Below, piece by piece: positions 1 to 12,782 of a stretch of DNA of 64,000 nucleotides. How positions within the stretch are numbered: position 1 is the first letter of the stretch; every line of letters begins with the position of its first letter. The stretch comes from Mobula hypostoma (lineage: Eukaryota): contig NC_086106.1 in assembly GCF_963921235.1 (NCBI RefSeq), positions 21,390,001 through 21,454,000 on the forward strand, given 5' to 3'. The notes under the pieces are model-generated. The model was not told the origin of the DNA, made no database searches, and worked only from the letters and a program-made list of their open reading frames with translations. A program made the position numbers and the translations under genes.

Positions 1-3000
1 GGAGTGATCACCGAGGGGCGACCAGTTAGGGGGAAAATAAACTAGTGCCACAGATTGCAGTGGAAACCAATTCCGTGCCTAAATTTACCGGTGAAGTTCA
101 TCGTTTCTGATCGGTCAGGGAATCAAAGGATATGGCGAGAAGAAAGGTGTCTGGAGTTGAGTGGGATGCGAGATCAGCCATGGTGGGTTGGCGGAGTAGA
201 CACCATGGACTGATTGGTCTAATTCCACTCCTATGTTTTAGGTCTTAGTGAATTGTTGTAGGGGCGGCACGCGGTGCAGGAAGGGCCTTTGTCGCGTTTT
301 ATATCTATGTGAATAACTAATTCAATAACAAGGATTGTTTGGGAAAATCGCAAGCTCCCATGGCAGCCTGCAGTTTTGACAATTTCCTTCTATCAATGCC
401 GTTATTCCAGAATAGTGTTCCGTTATGATTAGCACTCCTACCGCAAGCATCGTGTCACGATCACGGACATAATTGTGTAGAGACGTTCGTCATCCTGACA
501 AGGAAATCGAATTAACTTGGAGATCTTTGGAATACTGACATTAATGATGCGGAAGAGAAATATCCAAACCCATACTGAGGAAAGGTCAGTTGAGTAACAC
601 AGCATTGTACTTCTGGGTGTTCATCCTGTTGTCGTGGTTCCTTTTCAGTGCGATGCAATTGCAGTACAATTCTGCTGGGCTGATTCAAAGCAAAATGCCT
701 CACATGCAGTGAACAAACAAGAAAAGTTCTATAAGGTCTGGATGCATGAATGAGCTCTACGTTTTGTGCAATTTCACAATTTCTTTCACACATTTGGTGG
801 GAGGGTAATGCTGACAAGTACGTAATTCCTAAAAAGTAAAACAAAATTTCGACGTATCACTGTACAAATCTTGATCGATTCATGTAAATCAATTCGTCTT
901 CACACTTGCCGCTGGTTTTTGGAGCAGTTTCCATATCTGCTGCTTAAAATTTCCAGCAATTGCAGAATTTATTCTCTCCAGGTTTGGTGTTTCTAAATCA
1001 ACAAGATTTGATTAAGGAGCTTCCGGTTAATTAACCTAAATGTATTAGTAGCCATAATACGATAGAAATGTAGCAGACAATTTACGGTATCGAGAAATAT
1101 ATTCCGAAAGTTAATTTCATTCAATGTTGTCATGAACTTCTGGGAAAAAAAAAATCCTGCATCTGGTTTTGTGTAGTGAGCTGATGAAGAATCTTAAGAT
1201 AAAGAACCATTTTTAGGCCGTTGTCACAGTATCATAATATTCTTCCACCAATTTGAGAGGGACAACCTGATATCGATGCCTTGCTTTCAGTAAATATCAT
1301 TACAAATCCATGAGACTGGAGCATGCCAAGTTTGTTCAAAAGGACACGACAGTAGAGCAGCAATGTTTAAGCATTTAACAAGCAGCAGAAACAAAGCAGA
1401 GTTAGTGGTCTTCACCAAGCAGCTGCACAGGGGCAGACCATCAAAATGTGGCCCACCTGTATTCCAGAAAATGTCCTAGCAATCGTAGAAGATTATTAGC
1501 TTTTGAAAGGCGAAGGTGGGGGTTATTCCAGTTGGCTGTGTGACTAGTGATATTTTGCAAGTGTCGTAGTTGTGGTCTCTGCTTTTCAAGTTTTTCATAA
1601 CGGAATACATTGGATTTTTGCCGAGGTTCTGTATGATACAAATATAGGTGAAGTATTGGGTACTGCTGAGTAAGCAGGGAGCATTCACCAGTGGTAGGAT
1701 AAGCTACGACAATGGGCACATAAGTGGCAGATGCACAAACAGTAGGAGTTAGTATAAAATGTAATTTGATCGTTGGAACAACGTCTTTGAAAATATTCTA
1801 AATTAGGAGTGAATTCGAAAATCTCAGGTGTATACAAACCTGATAGTCCTACTTCGTGAACCCTTCACGGTGAACTTGTGTATTGAGTGCGCACCGAAAT
1901 AGGCAATGTCGATTGTAAGGAACAAAATATAAAAGCTGGGATGTTGCGCTGTTTATTTATAATAGCCAAACCGCACTGCATTTGAAGTTTTGAAAAGCTG
2001 CGTGCTCAAAATCCAAAAAAAAAAGGGTGTGTTAGTTTACAAGGGAGAAAAAAGAGATTTAAGAGAATAACCCGTGGCAGATATATTTATCGTCCGTGGA
2101 GAGTTTTATGTCTCTTCGGATTAGAACAATGATACGAATCCTATTGTAACATAAGCAGCAAAACTTTCCTGAGTACAGTGGATGTGCGGAGGACAGATCC
2201 AGCAGCGTGAGAGTGGAGCCTCAGAGGTACTCAACCTCAGAAAAAAAGGGCATGGCTTAGATAACAGTGGAAACTATATAACTATATATACATATATATA
2301 TTTGCCAGATTGTATATGTGTGGGATTCCTTGTCACAGCCTGTTGGAAAAGACATGTACGGTATATTTCAGACAGAGGTAACTGTCTTCTCAAGTCGTAA
2401 GTGTGTCCAAATTTGGACGAAGTTGTCAGGAGAATGCAGCTGAGATTTTATAGTGTATATACACTACGATCCAATGGCAGAACCAATGTCGAGAGGTCAA
2501 AAAGAAAAAAAAAATCTGCGATGGTCTTACGGCCAGATCCTGTACATAGCTCTAAAACACACTTTATGTACCATAGTTTTCATTAGTTCGATGGACAAGC
2601 TCACAAACACGAGAAAAGGAAAGTGGATATACTTGATAAATATTGAGGGCTGACAGGATTAGCAAGTGAATTTGTTTAGAAGTTCTGTACTTTTTGGATG
2701 TTTTTATTGTTCGAGTTTATTGCTGAATTGCGCTGTGATAAATGGCTTTAATGTTTTGGATAATAGGGAGGTCACTGTGGCGTAACCACCTATGTGCCGT
2801 TCTGTAGGATTTTTCAGCTTACGTCCTTCACAATTTGACGCAGTCTGTAGCAGGTTTGGTCCTCGGCAACACAGAAACTCAACATCGCGGCGTTCATCGC
2901 GAAGATCACGAGGCATGCTATCCATGGGAGATTGCAAGAGTGGATTTAGAATTCTCCTGCACTCATAAGGCATAGTGTGGTATTAGTTGGAGGTTACCAT

Positions 3001-3819
3001 GCCCACATTTCAAGAATTACAGATGTTTCTTGAGTCACAGTATCGAGACCCTCACTTTTTGTGACATTAACAATTACCGTGTCATTTTGCGTAATGATTT
3101 TAATGTGAAAGTAGATAAATTGCATAAAGAATAGTGGCGTTGTGTACCGAGTAGAAAGCTGTCACATGTTGCAACGTGATATAGGGAGGATGTAGAGTTG
3201 CGTAGACAAATAAGAAGTTACATTTCAAATGGGGGAAAAAAAACACCAGTGTGAAATAACCAACATTAGAAGTTTGTATAGGATTATGAGGAGGATTCTT
3301 TGAGGCGCAGTGGTACAGATGGATACTCGGCTTCCACGTCAGTATATTCCCCATTGCTGCCACGCAAGTGAATTTAAGAAATAATATGTTGGACTGGATA
3401 TTGAACTGGATATTGATTTTAAAAGCTGCGAGTTACTCTGCATCTCACAAAGATCCGATGAGACAACATGAAGCGAATTGTGGTTAATTTCTGAGTACCT
3501 TATGATAGAAAGGATGTCTTAAGTTTAGTGAGAGAGCTCAGAAGTATAACCATGTGGCCTCAAAGATTAGAGAACGGCTTAAGCGGAAAATTTGAAAACA
3601 TCTAGAGATTTTCATTTTGGATCAACGCTAGTTGACAGTCATTATGAAAGGCAAGGATCAGATTTTCCTCGGCGCGGTAAACCAAGCACCAAAAACATCC
3701 GTTTATGGTTACTAGACGGACATTTACCGCAGACATCTGAAATATTGTGTGTTTTTTTTTCACAGAGAATTGCGGTTGGCTGAAATTCATGCCGGAGGTG
3801 GTAGAGCCTTCATGATAAG

Positions 3820-5016
3820 CACAAAATACTCTGCAGGTGCTGTGATCAAAGCAAAACTTTCAGTACGCTGGATGAACTGAGCAGGTTGGGCAGCATCAAT
3901 CAGAAACAATGAGTCGACGTTCCGGGCCGAAACTCTTCGTCGGGACTGAATAATGAAAGATGGTGAAGAACTTGAAGAATGCTTGCAGCTTCAGTTGAAA
4001 GACCAGTAATTTGAAAGGCAAATGGGTGGGGGATATGAAGTATTGATGTCATAGCCCTGAACACAATGGTAGTAGAAGAAGGAGGAGGAACTATGAGTGA
4101 GCTGGGGGAGGGGGTAGAACGAAATAAGGATAGAGGAAAGGAGGGGGAATGAGTTATCGGACACTGGAGAATTCTATGGTCATACTAAGAGGCTGGAGAC
4201 CACCTAGACTGTATATGAGGTTTTGCTCCTCCAACCTGAGTTTAGCCTCATCGTGGCTGTTTAGGAGGCCATGTATGGACATATCTAAATGGGAATGGGA
4301 AGTAGAGTTGAAGTTGACGGCTACCGGGAGATCCTGTCTGTTGTGGCGGGCGGAGTGGAGGTGCTCGACGAAGCGGTCCCCCAGTCTGCGTCGGTTTATA
4401 CCGCTGTAGAAGAGGCCGCACCCGGAGCATGGGATGCAGTAGATGACCCCAAGAGACACACAAGTGAAGTGCTGTCTCACCTGAAAGGACTGTTTGGGAC
4501 TCTGAATGGTTTCAGGAGATTAGTAGTAGGGACGGGTGTAGCACTTAGGTTTACAGGGAGAAGTGCCAGGTGGGAGATCAGTGTGGAAGGACGTGTGGAT
4601 AAGGGAGTCGCGGAGTGACATATCCCTGCGAAAAGCGGAGACGGGTGGAGAGGGAAAGATGTGCTCAGTTGTGGGGTCCTGTTGAAGGTGGTGGAAGTTG
4701 CTGAGGATAATGTGCTGGATCCGGAGGCTGGTGGGGTGGTAGGTGAGGACAAGGGGAACTCTGTCCCTGTTGTGGTTGCGGGAGGATGGGGTGAGGGTCG
4801 AAGTGCGGGAAATGGAAGAGATGTGGATGAGGGCATCATTGATGACGATAGAAGGGAAAACACCATCCTTAAAGAAAGAGGACATTTGAGATGTCATGGA
4901 ACGGAAAGCTTTATCCTCGAAGCAGATGCTGCGGAGACGGAGGAACTGGGAATAGGGAATGGCATTTTTTGCATGTGGCGGGGTGGAGGAGGGATAGCTG
5001 AGGTAGGTACGAGAGT
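3820..5016 (-). mobile_element. Penelope-like retroelement, 3' part (end of RT, GIY-YIG endonuclease, 3' tail); runs into the N gap
   Basis: ORFs 4520-4897 and 4154-4480 read RVPLVLTYHP...PGTSPCKPKCYT and GVIYCIPCSGCGLFYSGINRRRLGDRFVEHL...LEEQNLIYSLGGLQP (GIY-YIG type). The tail has a mutated hammerhead motif at 3912-3947. The element is absent from the paralogous sites in cassettes 2 and 4. Confidence 0.9.
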
Positions 5017-5297
5017 NNNNNNNNNNNNNNNNNNNNNNNNNNNNNNNNNNNNNNNNNNNNNNNNNNNNNNNNNNNNNNNNNNNNNNNNNNNNNNNNNNNN
5101 NNNNNNNNNNNNNNNNNNNNNNNNNNNNNNNNNNNNNNNNNNNNNNNNNNNNNNNNNNNNNNNNNNNNNNNNNNNNNNNNNNNNNNNNNNNNNNNNNNNN
5201 NNNNNNNNNNNNNNNNNNNNNNNNNNNNNNNNNNNNNNNNNNNNNNNNNNNNNNNNNNNNNNNNNNNNNNNNNNNNNNNNNNNNNNNNNNNNNNNNG
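5017..5297. other. Assembly gap (N run)
   Basis: Run of N. Confidence 1.
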
Positions 5298-7483
5298 ATA
5301 CTACTATGTAGACATATAATACTGTCTTTGAATGAGGGAATGTTTGGATAGATAATCTAGTGTTGTAAATTACTTGGCAGAACGAAGTCCGACAAAGGGT
5401 ACGCAGTGTGTTGCCCTGTTTGATATTCTCTGTTTTATGTTCCTTGAGATGGAGAACGGCAGATAGTCCGTCGTTTCGTTCTTTCTTAACTCCAAAAGTG
5501 TTTTCATCATTTTATCATTTTTCTCATGTTAAGTACATTTTATTTGCTATAAGAATTTTCTTTGTAATGTTTTTGCAGGACTGGGAAAAACACTCTGTCA
5601 GCTTTTGTAAATTTGAGGTTGCTCATTAGCTTCTGACAACCAAAAGAAAAATAAAAGGCACGGCCACTTATATCGTGACTCAAAGGAAGTTCAGCACCGA
5701 GCTTCCACAGGCGCACAAATAAATACCCTGTCAATATACTTGAGGAATAAATCAAACAGTTAAATTCGTTTTGAAAATTTATGAGTAGCATCTTATTATA
5801 GAATTTTTCCATGCGGTTTATGTCAAATTACATAGTTTAGAATGTGGAGAAGTGTTGAGTTTCTGTTCTTACTAAGTCCGATAAATTCCATATTAATACC
5901 ATCTCACATTATTTCAAAACCGGATTCCTATGTTCCCGGCAATATTTGCATAATGCTTTTCAGAAAAAAATAAACGTACGAAATTGTCTTGAATTTTTTA
6001 AAAAATCGATCTGCACAGTAGATTGAAAGTAGACATTGCATGGATCGATGATCTTGAAGAGAAGTAAAATAAAGGAAACATTTTTTTTCACCAGGAATAT
6101 AGGTCTCAAGGAATCGGAAAGACGCAACACAATAAATTCTCTATCGTTACTGGATCCGCCACGACTCGGAATAGGTGAAGGTTTCAGAAAGGCTGGTTTC
6201 GTTCACAATGTGTCCAAAATGCTGTTATTGTCCTTCGCAATTTTTCCAACCACTTCCCGAGGTGGAGAAATAATTGGCACCTGATGCATGTGGAGAAATA
6301 AAATTACTGCAGGTAAATGCTGAAAATTCATGGAAATAATAATTAAAATATGGAACATTTATGAACAAACTGCTCAGCGCGGTCACCCTGAAAGGGAGGA
6401 TCTACCTGTTCCATTGTGTAAAATACATTGCTGTAACTTTTTTTGTGAGAGAAGGACGAATGAGAAAAAGGATTGAACAATAATTTTATTTACAACGTCA
6501 GATGCACTATCTACAGATTTGTTGCTCTTTAATTTAGCGAAATAGGATTCATGAGAAGGGAATGATTTTCCATGTTTGGGATGAAAATCTGTGCGGTGAG
6601 TAGTACAGGCTGTTAAATTTAATACACCCCGGTATAAAACTTCATAACCGGTCCGTGTAACACACGTTAATGCTGAAGAAACTCAGCAGACTAGCCAGCA
6701 TTTATTTAAAAGAGTAAGTAGGCGATGTTTCAGGCATAGATACATCATCACGATATTGATTTATGTACTACCTGACTTGTGGAGAACATCTAGCTTTGTC
6801 GCTCTAATGCTTGGGTTTTCAGCATATGCAGATTTTCTCATGTTTCCCTATTTGCAGTGACAGGTCATCCTCCGTATTACTTATAGTTCAATCAGCTTTC
6901 ATATGTGTTTTCTTCCCCCTGATGATGTTTCTTCTACTTTGGTTACATATGGTATATATGCTCACATCGAATGCGCTTGCATTGCAGTTTATATGTGGCT
7001 GTCAGGCTTATTCGCAACAGAGCGTCTTCACTGACTAATTGCATGTAGAGGTTGGGCATGATAAATGGTGATTTCTCAAGCTTTCAACATACAGTTTCCG
7101 CGTACCTGCTGAGTCACTCAGCACAGAACATTTCTGAGAAGTTCCGTCAAACATGATTACGCAAAGTGCTGACCCAAGATCAGCATTTCTTCTTCTGCCT
7201 CCATAACCATCTGCTGGCAACACAAATGATCGCTCTGCATCTGCGAATGCACTCTTTCCTCTACTCTTGTAATGCATGGTTACAGAGCCGCGCTGTTTTT
7301 ACCTGAATTGTACATCTCCTAAGAAGAGCTCATGGCTGGCAATCCAAACGCGTCATTTTTTATCTTTCTAACGTAAATCTTGTATCTACGAAATCTCAAT
7401 CAAATTTGATATATTCAACAAAACTACCCTTGAAATCACTGCGAGGAAACGGCTTTATATATTTCACCAGTTCACATACCTAC

Positions 7484-7538
7484 TGACTGTCACAGTGACC
7501 GTGGTCCCGGTTCCACCTCCATAGTCAGTGTAGTAACT
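7484..7538 (-). CDS. NAR-TCR J segment, cassette 1 (SYYTDYGGGTGTTVTVTV)
   Basis: G-T-G-T-T-V-T-V J motif, phase-1 donor GTAGGT, RSS read on + as CACCGCG-23-ACATAAACC (7539-7577). Confidence 0.9.
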
Positions 7539-7913
7539 CACCGCGATCCGACACTCAGTCTCACTGGCACATAAACCATCCTCAACGCAGTCTAATCAGG
7601 AGCCGACATTGGACTGTGTACAACTATTGCAGACTTTTAAAACATCAACAACACCATTCCGTGTTCCAGAAACCTCTGTGAAGCTACCTGTGAAAAAGAA
7701 AACTATAAGATGACTCGCTTCAAACATTCCGAAGTCGGCTCCCTAAACTTCAGCAAATGTGAAAGAAAACAAAAATCCTGAAAGGGGCAAAGTACGATGG
7801 AATTCACCAGATCGCAGCGGGAAAGTAATCCCACATATGATTCTATTTCCTGACTTCAGAATATATACCTTTTTTTTTTATCTGAAAGTTTTTGTCGATT
7901 ATACTTCGTTCTG

Positions 7914-7927
7914 CATATCCTGAAATC
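7914..7927 (-). pseudogene. NAR-TCR D segment, cassette 1 (GATTTCAGGATATG); J-side RSS defective
   Basis: V-side RSS CACAGTG-12-TTCAAATCT (7928-7955). J-side heptamer CAGAACG with an 11-bp spacer and nonamer ACAAAAACT (7887-7913). Confidence 0.85.
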
Positions 7928-8304
7928 CACAGTGTTTCATGTCAGGTTCAAATCTCAGAATAAGTCTGAGCTGGAGGTAGCAACTTCCCAACTACTATTC
8001 CCGCTTCCATCCTGTTGGAGCAGGGTGACATCTGAAGTAAGGGTTTGGGAACGGAGGAAATCATTACGACTTCCTGTTCGCTAAAAACGGAAATGTGAAA
8101 GCCGGTTTTGTACTTGCAAATTCAGAAGAGAAGAGAAAGAGTACGAGCAGTAATCTTCATGCCGCATTACAAAATAGATTGTACGGAACGCCGGAAAAAG
8201 GCCTCGTTGAATTACGGACAGATTAACTCTATTCCTTAAGCTGTTGATGGGATAAATTGCAGCCAGTATTTGAGTACAGCAGGAATCGCTTTCCATGCTC
8301 TGTG

Positions 8305-8595
8305 TACATTCATCTTTATATTCAACTTTACAGAAATAGTTGGTGCTGTCCTTAACTCCAAGATTCAAAATTTTACGGATAATTGTCATTAATGCTTTAT
8401 GTTCCGTTGTAATAAGTCTTCCTCCTGTGCAGATACGCTCCCAGTCCGTTTCTGGCTGCGTCTGTTTGAAGAACTGTCCGGTTATAAATTAATCAATTGA
8501 TGATTTTTTACAGAACCTGCATGTGATGGTGAGAGACAAGCATTATATTTTCGCCACCGCTGTCGCGCTCTGGATCACTGATTGGCCGAAGAGGA
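8305..8595 (-). pseudogene. IgNAR-like (NAR-TCR) V exon, cassette 1, pseudogene
   Basis: QSVIQSATAVAKI*CLSLTITCRFCKKSSID*FITGQFFKQTQP...LGVKDSTNYFCKVEYKDEC, with two TAA stops. Acceptor TTTCCAG. RSS CACAGAG-22-ACTCAAATA (8267-8304). Confidence 0.9.
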
Positions 8596-8742
8596 CTGGA
8601 AATTAAGAGAATGCAGAAGGGAAGCGTCATTAGATGTGAAATACGCAAGACGACGTATACCATAGCTTCATCAAATTGTTAATCTACCAATTCAGTTTTA
8701 TATCTAACTCACATACTGCAGAGAATTGTGTACGGTCCTCAC

Positions 8743-8785
8743 GCCGAAAGCAGATGCAGAGCGTGACATTCAAGCGGAAGTTCAG
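8743..8785 (-). pseudogene. Leader exon of NAR-TCR V1 (start codon mutated ATG>CTG)
   Basis: 43-nt exon aligning with the cassette 2 and 3 leaders; donor GTGAGG; CTG at the ATG position. Confidence 0.8.
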
Positions 8786-9029
8786 CGTTTCGTCTCCGGG
8801 TGTACGATGGTTTATATGAAGGACAGCTCGACTGCTGTGTTACGTTATTCTTCAGAACAGGGCAGAGACACCTCTTCCGGTTGCTGTTCCAGATTTATGT
8901 AATTGCTGCGCTCATTCTGAATTACCTTTTTCCGAGAAAGTGTCTGGTTTAATGAACAATAGCTCTGGTTCTGTTCCTACTCAAGCTCTTCGAAACAGAT
9001 GAGACAGGTCTCCATTGCAGTTTTAAGGT

Positions 9030-9190
9030 CAATACTAGCATGGTGGGAAAGGTGTCAGAACACGTGAGTTTTATGGAACTGTGGAAGTTGGAGGCAAAAT
9101 TGTTGAAATTTACAAGCTCAAAAAGTGTACATGCATTATTCCAGTAGTTACCAGATGTGGCGACTAATTTTTTAACCACTTCAGAGGCAG
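9030..9190 (-). mobile_element. Old Penelope-like RT fragment upstream of leader 1
   Basis: ELVNFNNFASNFHSSIKLTCSDTFP; paralogues at ~24850-25010 and ~37150-37290, the latter retaining YIDDC. Confidence 0.65.
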
Positions 9191-9234
9191 CGGTTGAATA
9201 AACAGGTCATAGAGTACAAGTTGTTTTATTCGGA

Positions 9235-11695
9235 TAAGACCATACGAATAGATTACCGAGTTGTTTTACTGAGTCTGCTCCGCCAGTCAATAATGGCTGA
9301 TCCATTTTTTTTCCTCCCCCTAAACCGCATTTCCCGGCTTTCTCCCGTAATCATTGATGTTATGTCTAATCCAGAACCTTTCCATCTCTCTCTTAAACAC
9401 ACCCAACGACCTGGACACCGCAGCCGCACGTTGCAATAATTTTCACATATCACCACCCACTGGCAAAATAAAAAATCTGCGCAGCTCTGTTATTTTTTGA
9501 ATGGGTGCCCCTCTATCCTGAAGCCACGCCGTCTTATCCTAGTCTCGCCCCCCACCCCCACCAATGGAAGTATCCTTTCCACATCTACTTTGACAGGGAC
9601 ATTCAACATTGGAAAGTTTTCAATGAGATCCCCTTCATCCTTCTAAATTCCTGAGAGTACATACCCACAGCCATCAAAAAAACAACAACTTTCATTCCTG
9701 GCATCACCGTTGTGATCCTACTGTGGACCATCTCCAATACCAGCACATATTTTCTAAAATGAGCAACCCAACACAGTTCACAATACACAAGATGAGAACT
9801 CACTAGAACCTCATAAATTCTCACCATCACATTCATGCATTTCCATTCTGGACCTCTGAAATGAATGTCAACATTACAGTTGCCCTTCCCACCACCGAAA
9901 CCAGCTACAACTTAACATTCAATAGGTTCTAAAGAAAGAATGCCAAGTATATCTGCATCTCAGAGTTTTGGATTTTCTCCCAGTTTACAAAATACTCCAT
10001 TTCATATTCCATTTGCCACTTTCTTGCAGATTTTCCTCATCTGTCTGAGTCCTTCTGTCATCCGATTTGTTTCTGCAAGACCTACTGCCTCTGCACAGAT
10101 CTTCATATCTTCTGCAACCCTGATCAAAAAGTTAACTATTTTACCTTCAAAATCATTTATATACAACATAAACAGAACTGGTCCCAACACCTACCCAAGC
10201 GGGAAAGACAAAAAAAAACACGAGTCACTGACGCTCAAACAGACAAGGATCCATTATTCCCATTCGCCGCCTCCTTCCAATCAAGCAATGCTCTAACCTT
10301 CCTTTAATACAGCTAGCACTTAACTTGGTAAGCAGCCGCATGTTCGCACCTTGTCAAAGGCCTTCTGAAACGTCCACATATACAAAATTCAGTGCATCCC
10401 CTTTATCTATCTTACTTGTAATTTCCTCAATGAACTCCAACAGGTTTGACAGGAAAGATTGTCCCGCAAGGGAACCGTATTGACTTTGCACTATCTTCTC
10501 CGGTGTCACAAATTACTCCATCATCTCAGCCGGAACAATTGACTCTAACATCTTGCCAAACACTGAGGTCAGGCTAACTTGTCTATTATTTATTTCTTTC
10601 TACTTTTCTTCGCTCTTAAAAAGTAGATTGAATTTTTAATTTTTCCAGTTCTCTGGCACCATGCCAGAGTCCAATGATGTTTGAAAGATCATTTCTAATG
10701 CCACCGCAATCTGTAAAGCTACATCGTTCAGACAGCTAGGGTGACTAATATACCCTTACATCTTTCAGCTTTTTGAGCACTTTCCCTCATGTTATATTAA
10801 CTGCACGTGTTCTCCTCATCCACACATTACAACATCTGACACACTTCTCGTATCTTCAATAGTAATGACTGATGTAAAATACAGCTATATTTTTATACCC
10901 CGTTGATATTTATTTGCCTCATTTGATGCCGGTGCTATATGCACTCTCATTTCTCTTTTATTTCTTATATAATTAAATAAACTTTTCCAATCTACTTTGA
11001 CATAATCCACTAGCTTGCTTTCATGTGCCTTCTTTCTCCTTCTAATGACTCATTTAGTTGCTCCTGCAGCTTTTTAAACACTTTCCAATCCTCTATTTTC
11101 CACTATTTTTTGCTTCTTTGTATGCCTCTGTCTTATTTTTAGATGAGCTTTGACTTCACTTTCGGGCACGATCGTGGAATATTACCATTCGGGTAATTCT
11201 TCAAGTTTTCGAATGCATATGTCCTTCCTCATTTTACCCAGAAACGCACGCCATTGTCGCTCTGCTAACATCCCTGCGAGCAGCTTCTTCCAGTTTACTT
11301 TGGCCAGCACCTCTTTCATACCACTGTACTTTCTGTTGCTCCAGTGAAATAGTGCTACGCGATAATTTACTTTCTCCCTATCAAATTTCAAGTTGTAGTC
11401 TATCACATTATGATCACTGGTTCCTCAAGGTTCTTTTATCTTCAGCTGGCTAATCGCGCCCGTTCCGAACATCACAGCCAATCCTCTATAGCTGATTCTC
11501 TTGCAGGCTCGGCGACAAATTGCTCTAAAAAGCCATCTCTTAGGCATTGAACAAACTCATTCTTCGAATCGACCTGCATGTTAAAATCTCCCATGGCTAC
11601 TGTAACATTACTCTGTTTGACTGCCCTTTTCTATTTCTAACTGTAAATTGTGGTCCATCTCCCATCTACTTTAGAATGTCAGTATTTAACTGAGA
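9235..11695 (-). mobile_element. Decayed CR1 LINE (ORF2 fragments, 3' tail at left)
   Basis: RIYEVLVSSHLVYCELCW, LGPVLFMLYINDF and DYNLKFDREK...NWKKLL fragments; duplicated at ~25045-27495 and 48133-53320. Confidence 0.85.
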
Positions 11696-11774
11696 TCAGA
11701 GGCATACACTCAATTTTTGTGCTGTACAATTGATGTCTTAGGCATGCCTGGGCATACTTAGTCAGTTAGATGTT

Positions 11775-12782
11775 CGTCCAACATATTATTCTCCGTAAAT
11801 TCCGCCACCTCCAACGGGATCCCACCACTAAGCACTTCTCCCCCCCCCCCTCTCTGCATTCCGCAGGGATCGCTCCCTACACAACTCCCTTGTCCATTCG
11901 TCCCCGCCCCCCATCCCTCCCCACTGATCTCCCTCCTGGCACTTATCCGTGTAAGCGGAACAAGTGCTACACATGCCCTTACACTTCCTCCCATACCACC
12001 ATTCAGGGCCCCAAACAGTCCTTCCAGGTGAGGCATCACTTCACCTGTGAGTCGACTGGGCTGATATACTGCGTCCGGTGCTCCCGATGTGGCCTTTTAT
12101 ACATTGGCGAGACCCGACGCAGACTGGGAGACTGCTTTGCTGAACATCTACGCTCTGTCCGCCAGAGAAAGCAGGATCTCCCAGTGGCCACACATTTTAA
12201 TTCCACATCCCATTCCCATTCTGACATGTCTATCCACGGCCTCCTCTACTGTAAAGATGAAGCCACACTCAGGTTGGAGGAACAACACCTTATATTCCGT
12301 CTGGGTAGCCTCCAACCTGATGGCTTGAACATCGACTTCTCGAACTTCCGCTAAGGCCCCACCTCCCCCTCGTACCCCATCTATTACTCATTTTTATGCA
12401 CACATTCTTTCTCTCACTCTCCTTTTTCTCCCTCTGTCCCTCTGAATATACCTCTTGCCCATCCTCTGGGTCACCCCCCCCCTTATCTTTTTTCCCGGAC
12501 CTCCTGTCCCATGGTCCTCTCGTATCCCCTTTTGCCTATCACCTGTCCAGCTCTCGGCTCTATCCCTCCTTCTCCTGTCTTCTCCTATCATTTTGGATCC
12601 CCCCCTCCCCCTCCAACTTTCAAATCCCTTATTCAGTCTTCCTTCAGTTAGTCCTGACGAAGGGTCTCGGCCTGAAACGTCGACTGCACCTATTCCTATA
12701 GATGCTGCTTGGCCTGCTGCATTCAGCAGCAACTTTGATGTATGTTGCTCGAATTTCCAGCATCTGCAGAATTCCTGTTGTT
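11775..12782 (+). mobile_element. Penelope-like retroelement, 5'-truncated, with open GIY-YIG endonuclease region
   Basis: ORF 11770-12354: GTYPCKRNKCYTCPY...GLIYCVRCSRCGLLYIGETRRRLGDCFAEHL...EEQHLIFRLGSLQPDGLNIDF; typical pyrimidine-rich tail. Confidence 0.92.
12650..12685 (+). ncRNA. Minimal type I hammerhead ribozyme motif in the Penelope-like 3' tail
   Basis: AGTC-CTGACGA-AGG(gtctcgg)CCT-GAAA-CG-TC-GACT. Stem I AGTC/GACT, stem II AGG/CCT, both core boxes intact, loopless palindromic ACGT stem III. Confidence 0.75.

Noticed and set aside
545-625. Plus-strand text REISKPILRKGQLSNTALYFW resembling a V FR3
   Set aside because: No Cys, no clear upstream WYxQ and no RSS in either copy (also ~40420-40650).
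4289-5311. Long plus-strand ORFs (109 aa, 216 aa)
   Set aside because: Antisense shadows of the Penelope-like ORF; the 216-aa one is open only because it crosses the N gap.
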